Of a stretch of 64,000 bases of DNA, positions 1 through 9,040 are shown piece by piece; the first letter of the stretch is position 1; each line of letters opens with the position of its first letter. Under the pieces are notes generated by a model. That model saw only the letters and a program-made list of their open reading frames with translations. It had not been told where the DNA came from and made no database searches. Location of the stretch: NCBI GenBank assembly GCA_965248575.1, contig CBDFJQ010000002.1, positions 2,944,001-3,008,000 of the forward strand, written 5' to 3'. This DNA is from Planctomycetota bacterium (GTDB lineage Bacteria > Planctomycetota > B15-G4). A program made the translations under genes and the position numbers.

Positions 1-2
1 AG

Positions 3-233
3 CTCTTCTGGGAGACCGGCCTCATCGGTCAGGTGCTCTACCTGGAGGCGGAAGCCGGCAACTTGTCCGGCACGGGCATCGGCTGCTTCTTCGACGATTC
101 CGTCCACTCCGCCTTCGGGCTCAACGACACACGCTGGCAAAGCCTCTATCACTTCACGGTGGGGGCCGCGGTGCACGACGAGCGCATCAGCGGGCTCCCG
201 GCCTATCCCGCTCCGGACGCAAACCCGCGCTGA
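3..233 (+). CDS. SagB/ThcOx-like nitroreductase family protein, C-terminal part (truncated at window start)
   Basis: Frame is open from the window edge: LFWETGLIGQVLYLEAEA..GTGIGCFFDD..WQSLYHFTVG, typical of this family's C-terminus. Confidence 0.75.
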   Translation, partial: LFWETGLIGQVLYLEAEAGNLSGTGIGCFFDDSVHSAFGLNDTRWQSLYHFTVGAAVHDERISGLPAYPAPDANPR

Positions 234-1504
234 GAACGTCGCGCCCAGAACACCCAGGCGCTTCCCATCACCACCAGGACCGAGCAGAGGCTCCACACAG
301 CCGTCTCGATGGACAGGGTCTCGTCGTAGAGGAAGCCCGCCGCGAGACCACCCATTGCGAACGACAACGTCATCCCCAGGAACTCCAGCGCATACACCCG
401 CCCTCGGAACTCGTTCTGGACGTGGCGCTGCCACCACGCCGTCGACGCCACCCAGATGGTGCTGCCGCCCATGTGCGCCACGCAAACCCAGAGGCACGCC
501 ATGATCAGGGAGGGCGTGTTCGCAAAGAGCGCGTAGCCAGCGATGGCGATGGCGAAGCCCCATGCGATCTGTCGTCGTAGATCCCCGTCCCGGCTCCCGA
601 ACACCCGCCGGGCCACGAAGGGGCCCAAGCCGGTGCCCAGGCCGCGGGCAGCGAACAACATGCCGGTGGCGAAGCCGGTCGCCGCCACGCTGGCCTCCAC
701 GACCCCGCCCTCGCTGCCGTCCAGGGAACTCACGGCGCCAAAGCGTTCGCGACCGACGACGGACAACATGACGAGGAAGCCGCCGGCCGGCCACCAGAAG
801 CTCTTGGTCAAGAGCACCGGTGTCAGCCCCAGCGAGCGCACGTGCGAGAAGCCCCTGCGCAGATCCCTCAGGGTCAGGATGTCCATCCAGCGAAACGGCT
901 GCGGGTGCCGTGACACCGGCGAGAGCTTCAGCCCCCACAGGAGCAGCGCGCTCACCACATAGGTGGCGGCGTCGGCCACGAAGACTCCGCCCACCCCCAG
1001 GCGCTCCACCAGAAGCGCGCCGGCGAAGGCCCCCACGGTCAACATGGCGCTCCAGGTTGCGGCTGACAGGGTCAGCGCTTCGTGCAGGTCCTCCTTGGTC
1101 ACCGTGTCGGGCAAGGCGCCGGAGCGTGCCGCGTCGAAGAAGATGGCGACCCCCATCTGCAGCGCCAGCAGGGTGTAGAGCAAGCCCAGGTCCCCGGCAT
1201 CCTCCACGAGCAGGAAGCCGAGCACCACAAGTGCACGTAGGATGTCGGCGCAGACCATCAGCAGGCGCCGCGGCACACGGTCGGCGATGGGGCCCGCAAG
1301 GGGGCCGGCCACGGCCGTCGGCGTGAGGCGCACTGCCAGTTCCACTCCGAACAGGAGGCCCACCCCGGCGACGGCCTCGGGCCCGCTGATGCGACCGATC
1401 AACGTCAACACAGCCACCCGGTTGAGCCAGTCGCCTGCGCCGCTCACCACCTGGGCTGCCCACAGCGTGCGGAATCGCGGGTTGCGAACAACGACGCCCA
1501 GCAT
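203..1504 (-). CDS. MFS transporter
   Basis: About 12 hydrophobic segments; motif A-like GPIADRVPRR; N-terminal FRTLWAAQVVSGAGDW. Confidence 0.9.
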   Translation of the reverse strand: MLGVVVRNPRFRTLWAAQVVSGAGDWLNRVAVLTLIGRISGPEAVAGVGLLFGVELAVRLTPTAVAGPLAGPIADRVPRRLLMVCADILRALVVLGFLLVEDAGDLGLLYTLLALQMGVAIFFDAARSGALPDTVTKEDLHEALTLSAATWSAMLTVGAFAGALLVERLGVGGVFVADAATYVVSALLLWGLKLSPVSRHPQPFRWMDILTLRDLRRGFSHVRSLGLTPVLLTKSFWWPAGGFLVMLSVVGRERFGAVSSLDGSEGGVVEASVAATGFATGMLFAARGLGTGLGPFVARRVFGSRDGDLRRQIAWGFAIAIAGYALFANTPSLIMACLWVCVAHMGGSTIWVASTAWWQRHVQNEFRGRVYALEFLGMTLSFAMGGLAAGFLYDETLSIETAVWSLCSVLVVMGSAWVFWARRSQRGFASGAG

Positions 1505-1635
1505 CAGCGCAAGCTCTTCAGATCGGGTTGGGCGAAGGGGACGGCCGTCACGGTCCTGGCGGCGCGCGAGGATAGCGCATCTTCCTCATGCTTGAGCCCG
1601 TGCTCGCTTTGGCGCGACGCGCCGCGCGCTGCTCG

Positions 1636-3135
1636 TCAAGGATCCCTGGAGCCGGCCATGGCGGCCAGGACCCGTTCGGGCGTGGCTTCGCTACGGTCCC
1701 AGAGACCGCACAGCCGCCCGTCGCGCAGCACACCGACGCGGGTCGACAGGCCCAGCACCTCGGGCAGCTCGGAAGAGACCAACAACACAGCAACGCCCGC
1801 GCACGCCAGCTCGTCCAACAGCTCGTGCAGGGCTGCCTTGGCGCCCACATCCACCCCTCGCGTGGGTTCGTCCACCATCAAGACCTTGAGGTCACGATCG
1901 AGCCAGCGCGACAACACCACCTTCTGCTGATTGCCTCCGCTCAGATCGCCCACAGGGGCGGCAAGGGATGACGCCTTGAGGTGCACGGCGTCCAGTGCGC
2001 GCGCCGCATGCTCCCGCTCAGCACGGCCGTCCAGGAACAGCCCCCGGCGGTGGCGGTCCGTCGCACCCAGGGACTGGTTCGGCACGATGCCCATGCCCAG
2101 CACCAAGCCCTGCCGCTTGCGGTCTTCCGGCACGAGGCCAAGCCCCGCGCGCATGGAGGCCTGCACGTCGGCGAGAGGCAGGGGAGTCCCCCCGATCAGG
2201 ACCTGACCCCGCACGTCGGCATCCAAGCCGAACAGGGCCTCGAGCAGTGCGCTGCGCCCGGCTCCGACGAGTCCAGCCAAGCCCAACACCTCACCGGACC
2301 GCAGATCGAAGCTCACGTCCTGGAAACCCGCGGGCGACGAGAGCCCGCACACCTCAAGCAGCACCTCGCCCGGCGCTCGCTCGCAGTGCTTCGGCACGAA
2401 GGCCTTCACATCCCTTCCCAGCATGAGCCTCACGAGCGAGCCCTCGTCCGCTTCGTCCCGGTCCAGGCTCCCCAACAGCTGACCATCGCGCAGCACATGG
2501 ATGCGGTCGCAGAGACGCAGGACTTCCGGCATTCGATGGCTGACGTAGATCATCGTCACGCCCTCCGATCGCAGTCGCTCCATCAAGGCGAACAGTTGCT
2601 CCGCCTCCGCGTCCGAAAGCGAACTCGTCGGCTCATCGAAGAGCAGCACACGTGCACCCGTCCCCACCGCCGCCGCGATCTGGACCAGCTGCTCCTGAGC
2701 CGTGGACAGCTCGCCCATGGCCTGGCCGACATCCATCTCGACGCCGATGGCGGCCAGCTTCTCACGCGCCCGCCGCGCAAGGGCCGGGCGGTCGACAAGG
2801 CGCCCACCCCACCAGGCCTTGCGGCGCGGCATATCGCCGAGAGACAGGTTCTCGGCGACTGAAAGGTCGGGGCAGAACGCCAACTCCTGGTGCACCATCG
2901 CCACGCCGCGCGCCGCTGCATCCGCTGGCGAGCGAAGCGTGCAGGCCTCACCGTCAATCAGCACGCGACCCTGGTCGGGCTGGTGGATCCCCGCGAGGAT
3001 CTTGCCCAGGGTGGACTTGCCCGCGCCGTTCTCGCCCATCAGCGCGTGACAGGCGCCGCGCGGCACTTCCAGGCTCACGCCGCTCAAGGCCGCGATGCCG
3101 CCAAAGTGTTTGCAGAGACCTTCGACACGGATCAT
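1636..3135 (-). CDS. Sugar ABC transporter ATP-binding protein (RbsA/MglA-like, two ABC domains)
   Basis: Walker A GENGAGKST, FDEPTSSL, LSGGNQQK, DEPTRGVDVGAK; start taken at MIRVEGL. Confidence 0.93.
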   Translation of the reverse strand: MIRVEGLCKHFGGIAALSGVSLEVPRGACHALMGENGAGKSTLGKILAGIHQPDQGRVLIDGEACTLRSPADAAARGVAMVHQELAFCPDLSVAENLSLGDMPRRKAWWGGRLVDRPALARRAREKLAAIGVEMDVGQAMGELSTAQEQLVQIAAAVGTGARVLLFDEPTSSLSDAEAEQLFALMERLRSEGVTMIYVSHRMPEVLRLCDRIHVLRDGQLLGSLDRDEADEGSLVRLMLGRDVKAFVPKHCERAPGEVLLEVCGLSSPAGFQDVSFDLRSGEVLGLAGLVGAGRSALLEALFGLDADVRGQVLIGGTPLPLADVQASMRAGLGLVPEDRKRQGLVLGMGIVPNQSLGATDRHRRGLFLDGRAEREHAARALDAVHLKASSLAAPVGDLSGGNQQKVVLSRWLDRDLKVLMVDEPTRGVDVGAKAALHELLDELACAGVAVLLVSSELPEVLGLSTRVGVLRDGRLCGLWDRSEATPERVLAAMAGSRDP

Positions 3136-3163
3136 GGGGGCCTCGGAGCTCACGGGTGCGCGC

Positions 3164-4195
3164 TCAGCCCTCGGACAGCCAGTCGTTCCACTGGGCATTC
3201 ACCTCATCGACATCCTCTGCATGGATCGGCTTGAGCGGGTCGACCACGCGCGTGGCTCCGGGCAGACGGCCATCGACGATGCGATCCAGCAGGAGTTCGA
3301 CAGATCGATAGCCCCAGGCAAAACAGTCCTGGGCGAGCAGCACTTCCACATGTCCGCTTTCCAGGTAGCGCAGCTGCGGTTGCAGCGCATCCACGGAGAC
3401 CACCTTCACGCTACCGGGTGGCCAACGCAGGGCGCCTGCCGTGAACAACGGCCAGCCCCCCACGAACGCCCAACCACCGATCTCCGGATGGGTGCTCTGG
3501 GCCCGCGCCACGGTTTCCGCCGCAATCTCGGGCACCTCGTCGTGGAAGAACACACCATCGTCGAGCAACTTCAGGTCGGGATACCTGGCCAGCTGCTGGG
3601 TGACACCCGCAACCCGCGCCTGGAGGTTTGCGGCGGCTTGGTTGCCAGCCAAGATGGCGATGGTGCCCTTGCCGCCCATGGCTGCTGCCAGCTCATCCAG
3701 CACCTGCTCGCCGCACGAGGTGTCGTCCGTGCCGAAAAAGGCGAAGCGCTTGCTCTTCGGCGCATCCGAATCGAAGCACACCACGTGAGCGCCCAGGTCC
3801 ACGGCCCGGTTGATGGCGGGCGTCAGGGTCTCGGCGTGGCTACAGGACACGGCGATGCCTGCCGCACCGCTGCGCGCCAACTGTTCGACGGCGGCGGCCT
3901 GGGCAGCTGCATCCTCATCTGGCGGCGTCTGCCAATCGATGATCACCTCGAGACCTCGAGCGGCGCCCAGTTCCTTGGCCGCCGCCTCAGCCCCCAAGCG
4001 CGCCGCCTGGAAGACAGCGTTTCCCTGGCTCTTGCCCACGATGCCGATGCGGAGCGCCCCGCCATCCGTTCCACCCTCTGGGGCCTGCTCTGAGCACGCG
4101 AGGAGGGCTGGTAGCACCAGCAGCGCCCAGACAAGGGACTGAAGCACGGCTCCCCAGCGGCGGGGCTTCGGGGACGTGGACGGGCAGACGACCAT
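3164..4195 (-). CDS. Sugar ABC transporter substrate-binding lipoprotein
   Basis: Lipobox LLAC; class I periplasmic binding protein motifs (CFDSDAP, GTDD); lies between permease and ATPase; start uncertain. Confidence 0.88.
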   Translation of the reverse strand: MVVCPSTSPKPRRWGAVLQSLVWALLVLPALLACSEQAPEGGTDGGALRIGIVGKSQGNAVFQAARLGAEAAAKELGAARGLEVIIDWQTPPDEDAAAQAAAVEQLARSGAAGIAVSCSHAETLTPAINRAVDLGAHVVCFDSDAPKSKRFAFFGTDDTSCGEQVLDELAAAMGGKGTIAILAGNQAAANLQARVAGVTQQLARYPDLKLLDDGVFFHDEVPEIAAETVARAQSTHPEIGGWAFVGGWPLFTAGALRWPPGSVKVVSVDALQPQLRYLESGHVEVLLAQDCFAWGYRSVELLLDRIVDGRLPGATRVVDPLKPIHAEDVDEVNAQWNDWLSEG

Positions 4196-4290
4196 GGGCA
4201 AGCTCCTTGGCAAGACAGGCTGCGGCGCGGAACCCGGCCCGCGTGCGCGCCGCCATCATGCGCCACATTCGCCCCCCTCGCGAGGGCTGA

Positions 4291-5406
4291 TCAGCGTCGC
4301 GGGCGTCGCGGGCCTCGCGCCCGGACGTGCTCGCTGAATCGATCCACCGCCACGGCCGCCACGATCGCCAGGCCGATGATGATCTTGCTGTACTCCTTGC
4401 TGACGGTCAGGGTGAACAGCCCCAGGTCGACGCTGCGCAGGATATCGATGCCGTTCTCGATGAGCTTGATCACCAAGGCGCCGAGCATGGCTCCCAGCGC
4501 CGTCCCCCTACCGCCCACCAGGCTCGCCCCACCCACGACCGCCGCAGCGATCACCGTCAACTCGTAGCCCTGTCCGGTCGCCGTGTTCGCCGACTGATAG
4601 AAGCCAGCGGACACCATGCCCGCCAAGCCTGCGGACATGCCGGCCAAGGCGTAGATGCGCAACTTGATGCGCCCCGTGCGCAAGCCGGCAAAGCGCGCGG
4701 CTTCTTCATTGCCGCCGACGGCATAGATCTCGCGGCCGCCCACCGTGTGGCTCAGGTAGACCCAGGTGACGACGACAGCCAGGGCCATGAGCACCATGGG
4801 GACGGGCTGGACGAAGGTCCCACCTACATCCATTCGCCAACCCACGAAGCCCTCCGTGAACGACGCGGGCAGTTCCTTTCCGAGAGACGGCAAGGTCTTC
4901 GTCTTCACCGCCACGAGGCCGATGCCGCGGAAGATGCTCATCGTCCCCAAGGTCACGATGAAGGGGTGCATGCGCAGGCCCACGATGAGCGCCCCGTTCA
5001 TGAGTCCGCACGCCAGGCCGATCCCCATGGCCACGACGGCCGCCGTTGGCAAGGCGACCCAGGCCGAAGCGTCCGCCGGAAACTCCTGCAGCACCGCCGC
5101 GGTGCCCAGGGCCGAGAGGCCGAAGATGGAACCCACGGAGATATCGATGCCGCCCGAGATGATCACCAGGGTCGCGCCAAGCGCCATGATGGCCATCCAC
5201 GACATGGTGGTCGCCACATTGGGCACCAGGTTGTCGAGGCGCAGGAAGTTGTTCGCGGTGCGCCCACCTACGGTCACGGGGTCGGAGGCGAGGCTCAGGA
5301 CGAGCCCCATGGCCAGGATGACCAGCAGCAGCCCGGCCTCCGCCAGACGCGGACGCCTGCCCGGAGCGGCGTGCTGAGGCGATCCCGGAGAAGACGAGGG
5401 CGGCAT
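4291..5406 (-). CDS. Sugar ABC transporter permease (RbsC-like)
   Basis: GGIDISVGS, PFIVTLGTM, AVGGNEEAARFAG, YELTVIAAAVVGG motifs. Confidence 0.93.
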   Translation of the reverse strand: MPPSSSPGSPQHAAPGRRPRLAEAGLLLVILAMGLVLSLASDPVTVGGRTANNFLRLDNLVPNVATTMSWMAIMALGATLVIISGGIDISVGSIFGLSALGTAAVLQEFPADASAWVALPTAAVVAMGIGLACGLMNGALIVGLRMHPFIVTLGTMSIFRGIGLVAVKTKTLPSLGKELPASFTEGFVGWRMDVGGTFVQPVPMVLMALAVVVTWVYLSHTVGGREIYAVGGNEEAARFAGLRTGRIKLRIYALAGMSAGLAGMVSAGFYQSANTATGQGYELTVIAAAVVGGASLVGGRGTALGAMLGALVIKLIENGIDILRSVDLGLFTLTVSKEYSKIIIGLAIVAAVAVDRFSEHVRARGPRRPRR

Positions 5407-5556
5407 GGACTCACCACACCGCAGTCCTGGCCTCCAGTCAACGAGAGTCTGTGGCGCCGACCCCGGAGGGCCAGCTCCAGCGCAACCGCAGCCCACTGAG
5501 TATCCTCTTTCGCTTCCTTGCCCCCTCGCTTGCCCCCCTCGCACCGGAGGACGGCC

Positions 5557-7938
5557 ATGCCTGTCTCATCGATGCCCCTCGCGCTGTTCATGGCGCTGTG
5601 CTGTGCGGTCCCCTGCGCCGACGCCGCGCCCGTGCCCGATGACGAGGTCCACCCCACCCTGCACGAGATCTTCCAGCCACCGCGCCTGCTAGGCAGCCGC
5701 CCCACGACGCTCGGCATGTCGGCGGACGGTCTGTGGATCACCTATCAATGGGCCGGTGAGGACGCAGGTGAGGACGCGGGTGAGAACACGAAGGACCCCG
5801 AGCGCGACCTCTACCTTGCGTCCACCGATGGAACGGCTTCGGAGGTTTTCGCTGAACACGATCAGGGCGTGAAGGTGCTCTGGACGCACTCGGGCTCGCT
5901 TCTGCTGCGGGAGAAGGACGGGTGGATCGACAGCATCGACATCGCCGGCGATCGCATTCCCCTGCCCTTGTTCGAGGGAGCTTCCCTGCGAGAGGTGCAG
6001 CTGCTCGAAGACGAACGGACCGCCGTTCTCTCCGCAGGTGACGAGCACCAGATCTGGGTTCTCGACCTCCTGACCGGAGCACGCCATGCACCCGCTGCCT
6101 CCCTGAAGAACCGCTCCCGCTGGTACCAGGTTCTGGAGGACAGGAAGACGCTGGCGCTCTTCGCTGCGCCGTCGTCTGCGGTCGAACCCGTCGAAGAAGG
6201 GGAGGAGGAAGCCCCGCGTGTGCTGTGGCTTCTCACCTATGGCGGCGACGCCCCCGGTGTCCAGGAAACGGAGGTCCAGGAGGTCGGCAACGCACGCCTG
6301 TCAGCAGACGGCGAGTGGCTCAGCACCTACACACGCGAGTCCACCATCGAGCGTGAGTTGGTCATGGCCGACTACCTCAGCGAACAGGTCAGCGTGGTTC
6401 CCGTGCGCAGTTCGTTGGCGGGTGATGACACCAGCTTGCTCGATGTGCGTCTCTTCGAGACGTCGTCGAACACCGAACACCCGCTTCCCTTCGATGCCCA
6501 GGACCGCTTCCACCTGCTCTCCCACAGCTGGTCTCCCACAGCGCCGCTGCTGCTCGTGGACCGCCTGAGCAACGACTACCACGTGCGTCAGGTCATGGTT
6601 GTCGACGCCCGCACCCAGGCCATGACGGTCCTGCTTTCCGAGCGGGATGACGCCTGGATCGGCGGCCCCACGACCCGAGCAGCCTGGACCAAGGACGGCG
6701 AACAAGTGGTCTTCACGTCCGAGCGCAGTGGCTTCAACCATCTCTACCGGGTGCAACCCAACGGAGAGGGGGAGGTCGCCCTGACGAGCGGCGAGTACGA
6801 GGTCCAGAGCGTCGACATCCTCGACAAGCACGGACGCGCGCTGCTGGTGAGCAATGCTGCCAGCGACCTGGGTGTCCGGCAACTGCGCCTGCTCGACCTG
6901 GGCACGGGGGAACAGGCCGTCCTCACGGGGCTGGATGGCTGCGCGGCGAGCTCCCGTACGTGGGGCGATTCGCCTGATCGGCCGCGCGTGAGCAGGGACG
7001 GTTCACGGCTTGTCTACATGTGGGAGACCCTTGGCCAGCCCGGGGACCTGCGCTCCCAGCCCGTGGCCCCGGGCCTGCCTGCGGGGATCGCGACGAGCGA
7101 GGCGCCGACGCGCTTGACGCACTTCGTTCCAAAGGCGCTCGACGCCCTCGAACTCGTCCAACCGGACATCATTGAATACGCCAACCCGGACGACGGGAGC
7201 ATCGTCCGCTCGTTCCTCTATCTGCCCGAGCCCTACGACCCCATCCAGCGTTACCCCCTGGTCGTCTTCGTGCACGGCGCTGGCTACCTGCAGAACGTCA
7301 CGCGCTCGCGCACGTCCTACGAGGTCGACAAACTGTTCCATCACCGTCTGGCCCGCAAGGGCTACGTGGTGCTGGCCCCCGACTTCCGGCACAGCGCTGG
7401 CTACGGCCGGGATTTCAGGGCCGATGTCTACGGATACATGGGCGGAAAGGACACGGACGATGTGGTGGCTGGCATCAAGCATTTGGAGCAGCTGGGGCTC
7501 ATCGATCCGAGCCGGGTGGGCGTCTACGGCGGGTCCTATGGCGGCTTCCTGGCGCTCATGTGCCTCTCACGCTATCCCGAGATGTTCAGTTGCGCTGCGG
7601 CCCTGCGCTCCGTCACGGACTGGCGCACCTATCACGCGGGCTACACCAACCCGCGGCTCGGGCATCCCGAGCGGGACGCTGAGAACTACGAACGCAGCAG
7701 CCCCATCGACCTGGTCGAAGCCGTGCAAGACCCAGTGCTGATGCTGCACGGTCTCATCGACGACAATGTCTTCGCCCAAGACACCATCCGCTACATCGAG
7801 CGGCTGATCGAACTGGGCAAACCCTTCGATGCCATGCTCTACCCCAGCCAGGCGCATGGCTTCACGGACCCCGCCAGCTGGATCGATGAGTACGGTCGCA
7901 TCGAAGCCTACATGGACCGCTACCTCAAGGACGACTGA
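5557..7938 (+). CDS. S9 family (DPP IV-like) peptidase, secreted
   Basis: GGAGG RBS; signal peptide; beta-propeller region; GGSYGG nucleophile elbow, HGLIDDNV and His in QAHGF. Confidence 0.9.
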   Translation: MPVSSMPLALFMALCCAVPCADAAPVPDDEVHPTLHEIFQPPRLLGSRPTTLGMSADGLWITYQWAGEDAGEDAGENTKDPERDLYLASTDGTASEVFAEHDQGVKVLWTHSGSLLLREKDGWIDSIDIAGDRIPLPLFEGASLREVQLLEDERTAVLSAGDEHQIWVLDLLTGARHAPAASLKNRSRWYQVLEDRKTLALFAAPSSAVEPVEEGEEEAPRVLWLLTYGGDAPGVQETEVQEVGNARLSADGEWLSTYTRESTIERELVMADYLSEQVSVVPVRSSLAGDDTSLLDVRLFETSSNTEHPLPFDAQDRFHLLSHSWSPTAPLLLVDRLSNDYHVRQVMVVDARTQAMTVLLSERDDAWIGGPTTRAAWTKDGEQVVFTSERSGFNHLYRVQPNGEGEVALTSGEYEVQSVDILDKHGRALLVSNAASDLGVRQLRLLDLGTGEQAVLTGLDGCAASSRTWGDSPDRPRVSRDGSRLVYMWETLGQPGDLRSQPVAPGLPAGIATSEAPTRLTHFVPKALDALELVQPDIIEYANPDDGSIVRSFLYLPEPYDPIQRYPLVVFVHGAGYLQNVTRSRTSYEVDKLFHHRLARKGYVVLAPDFRHSAGYGRDFRADVYGYMGGKDTDDVVAGIKHLEQLGLIDPSRVGVYGGSYGGFLALMCLSRYPEMFSCAAALRSVTDWRTYHAGYTNPRLGHPERDAENYERSSPIDLVEAVQDPVLMLHGLIDDNVFAQDTIRYIERLIELGKPFDAMLYPSQAHGFTDPASWIDEYGRIEAYMDRYLKDD
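5752..5787 (+). repeat. 12-bp tandem repeat x3 encoding AGED-AGED-AGEN
   Basis: gccggtgaggac gcaggtgaggac gcgggtgagaac. Confidence 0.8.
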
Positions 7939-7985
7939 CGGGGGCAAGGCCTGCCGCCCACCAGCACGGTGCTCGCGTCTGCCCC

Positions 7986-9032
7986 TCAATCCAACAACTC
8001 ACGCAGGCGCCGCTTGTTGGCCTCCGGCGTGAAAGCTGCCTCGACGGCGTTGCGCGACAACCCACGCAGTGCGTCCAGGTCGTAGCCCCAGGTGCGTGAG
8101 GCAGCCTCGAACTCCGCACTCAAGTTCGTGACGCACACGGCGGGGTCGTCGGTGTTCAAGGTGACGAGGCAACCCGCCTGGCGCAGGGCCTCGAAGGGAT
8201 GTTGTGCCAGCGACTGCACGAGCCCCGTGGCGAGGTTGCTGGTCAGGCAGCACTCAAGGGGGATGGCGTGCTCTCGCACATGCTCAACGAGCGCCGGGTC
8301 TTCGGCCAGGCGGACCCCGTGCCCGAGGCGTTGCGCGCCGAGCACGAAGAGCGCCTCGCGCAGAGACGGCGGGCCCTCCGCCTCACCCGCATGGATGGTG
8401 ACGGCCAGGCCGCCCTCCCGGGCACGCCGCAGGGCCGGAGCCAGGGCGGCTCCCGCAATGTGCTCGGGTCCGGCCAGATCGACAGCAACGACTCCCTGCT
8501 CCCGGTATGCGAGAGCCAGGTCGATCAGCTTTTCGTTCTGCTCACGCTGCAGGCTTCGATAGCAGCAGATGATGGCGCCCCAGCTCGGTACCTGGCTGCC
8601 TGCGGCCGACGCCGATTCCAGCGCAGCCACCCCCGCCCGGAGCCCGGCCAGGATTTCCTCCAGCACCAGCTCCGGCCCATGTCCGGGGCGTGCCTGCAGT
8701 GCCGGACAGAAGCGCACCTCAACGTGCACCACTCCGTCAGCAGCGACATCCTCGATCAACTCACGAGCCAGGCGCTCCATGGCCCCGGGGCTCTCTAGCA
8801 CCGGGTAGAAGCTCTCGAAGGTGAGCAGGAACTCCCGCAGGCTGCGACAGCTGGGTGAGACCTGGACATGCCGAGCCAACCCCTCGACGGTCTCTGCGGG
8901 CAGGGCAATGCCGGCCTCCCGGCCCAGCTCCAGCAAGGTCCCGGTGCGCGCCGCCCCATCCAAGTGACAGTGGAGGTCAAGCTTTGGCAGGGCGCGAACA
9001 ACGTCGATCGGCACGCCTGTCGCTTCGACCAT
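7986..9032 (-). CDS. add: Adenosine deaminase
   Basis: LHCHLDG, HAGE, RLGHG and NTDDP motifs. Confidence 0.9.
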   Translation of the reverse strand: MVEATGVPIDVVRALPKLDLHCHLDGAARTGTLLELGREAGIALPAETVEGLARHVQVSPSCRSLREFLLTFESFYPVLESPGAMERLARELIEDVAADGVVHVEVRFCPALQARPGHGPELVLEEILAGLRAGVAALESASAAGSQVPSWGAIICCYRSLQREQNEKLIDLALAYREQGVVAVDLAGPEHIAGAALAPALRRAREGGLAVTIHAGEAEGPPSLREALFVLGAQRLGHGVRLAEDPALVEHVREHAIPLECCLTSNLATGLVQSLAQHPFEALRQAGCLVTLNTDDPAVCVTNLSAEFEAASRTWGYDLDALRGLSRNAVEAAFTPEANKRRLRELLD

Positions 9033-9040
9033 CGGCGCCG